59,616 nt of DNA from Candidatus Undinarchaeota archaeon (lineage in GTDB: Archaea; Undinarchaeota; Undinarchaeia; Undinarchaeales; UBA543): assembly GCA_964567575.1 (NCBI GenBank), contig CAZMMZ010000006.1, positions 7,004 to 66,619 on the forward strand, written 5' to 3'. This document shows, in pieces, positions 58,567 to 59,616 of this stretch. A program made the position numbers and the translations under genes. The notes beneath the pieces were generated by a model. It was not told the DNA's origin. It ran no database searches and worked only from the letters and a program-made list of their open reading frames with translations. How positions within the stretch are numbered: position 1 is the first letter of the stretch; the number at the start of each line of letters is the position of its first letter.

Positions 58567-59616
58567 ATGAACATATTCATAACATTAGCAATTGTGTTAT
58601 TCTTTGCAAAAGTAGGCGGGTATATCTCTAAGCGTTTTTTGAAGATAAGTGATGTAGGCGAAGTTATTGTAGGAATGATTATTGGACCAGGAGTTCTTGC
58701 GTTAATTGCCCCAACAGAATTCTTACACCACCTTGCTGATATTGGAATTGTTTTAATGATGTTCCTTATGGGTTTAGAATTTGACGTAAAAGCTTTCGAA
58801 AAGTTCATGAAAGGCGGAATTATGACTGCGGTTTTCGGTGCTTTTGTTCCATTTTTTGGTGGACTTATTCTAGCATCGTCAATTTTCAAATGGCCAGTAC
58901 CAGCGAGTTTTATCTTTGCTACAATTTTAATGGCAACAAGTGTTAGTGTTACTATAACTGTTTTGAACGATATGAAAAGATTACACACCCCATTAGGTTA
59001 TATTTTAATGGACGCAGCAGTTGTTGATGATGTTCTTGGTGTAGGTATGCTTACTCTTGTTTTAGGATTAGTTGGAATGGAAACACCATCACTAGTTAGT
59101 TTTGGAATAATTGGACTAGAAATTATTATTTTCTTTGCTGCAATTTTAATTATTGGTCCAAAACTTTCAAAAATTGCTTTGGATTTTGGAAACAAGTTGG
59201 ACTTTAGAATAAAAGAAGGGCACTTGTCTATGCTTTTGATAACACTTTTTGTAATGACATTTATAGCACATTCAATTGGGCTTTCAATCATAATCGGCGC
59301 ATTCTTAACAGGTGTTATTTTTGATAAAACACATATTAAAAAAATTCAGCACGAAATCTACAGTATGACTTATGGGTTATTTATTCCAATCTTTTTTGTA
59401 TATGTAGGTAGCTTCTTAACACCAGCAACACTTATCGCAAACTGGTATCTTGTTTTATTAATTGTTTTAGTTGCAAGTGCTGGAAAATTTGTAGGATCCT
59501 TTTTAGGATCAAGTATGTCAGGAACTAAATTAAAAGATTCAGCTATTATAGGAATCGGGATGATGGGACGATGTGAAGTAGCGCTTATCATAGCTGTTTC
59601 TGCTAGAAAACTTGGA
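58567..59616 (+). CDS. CPA2 cation:proton antiporter, partial (runs off the window end); absent from the ORF track
   Basis: Own translation: MNIFITLAIVLFFAK..., GE...G.IIGP, LMFLMGLE, ATSVSVT, AAVVDDV and GMMGRCEV motifs. Confidence 0.9.
   Translation, partial: MNIFITLAIVLFFAKVGGYISKRFLKISDVGEVIVGMIIGPGVLALIAPTEFLHHLADIGIVLMMFLMGLEFDVKAFEKFMKGGIMTAVFGAFVPFFGGLILASSIFKWPVPASFIFATILMATSVSVTITVLNDMKRLHTPLGYILMDAAVVDDVLGVGMLTLVLGLVGMETPSLVSFGIIGLEIIIFFAAILIIGPKLSKIALDFGNKLDFRIKEGHLSMLLITLFVMTFIAHSIGLSIIIGAFLTGVIFDKTHIKKIQHEIYSMTYGLFIPIFFVYVGSFLTPATLIANWYLVLLIVLVASAGKFVGSFLGSSMSGTKLKDSAIIGIGMMGRCEVALIIAVSARKLG

Overview
AT-rich archaeal chromosome segment. The gene content (eL/eS ribosomal proteins, fibrillarin/Nop5, Cbf5, split RpoB''/B' and RpoA'/A'', aEF-2, aEF-1alpha, tRNA introns) is archaeal. 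Lys/Glu-rich tails on ribosomal proteins and gene losses from conserved clusters suggest a DPANN-like lineage; this is an inference. Most of the window is core information-processing DNA: the S10/spc superoperon (rpl3 to cbf5, 9049-25503), a stand-alone 5S rRNA with tRNA-Asp and tRNA-Lys followed by the RNA polymerase/str cluster (36564-49837), eight tRNAs (Met and Tyr carry introns), tRNA-modification genes and a folate/thymidylate cluster. No CRISPR array, integrase or transposase was seen. The best leads are: (1) an orphan two-gene module, a DUF2791/BrxD-like AAA+ ATPase with a C-terminal wHTH plus a Zn-ribbon protein, preceded by an 11-bp inverted repeat around an AT-rich core; (2) a structured leader upstream of rpl3; (3) a rod-like hairpin filling the 5S-tRNA-Asp spacer; (4) a near-identical 35-41 nt tail plus Shine-Dalgarno cassette ending three different ribosomal protein genes; (5) a probable CUG start for pyrH; (6) an acidic repeat microprotein ending in CxxCxxC; (7) a large Cys-rich ectodomain-TM-wHTH protein. 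All family assignments come from motif recognition by eye; no database searches were run.
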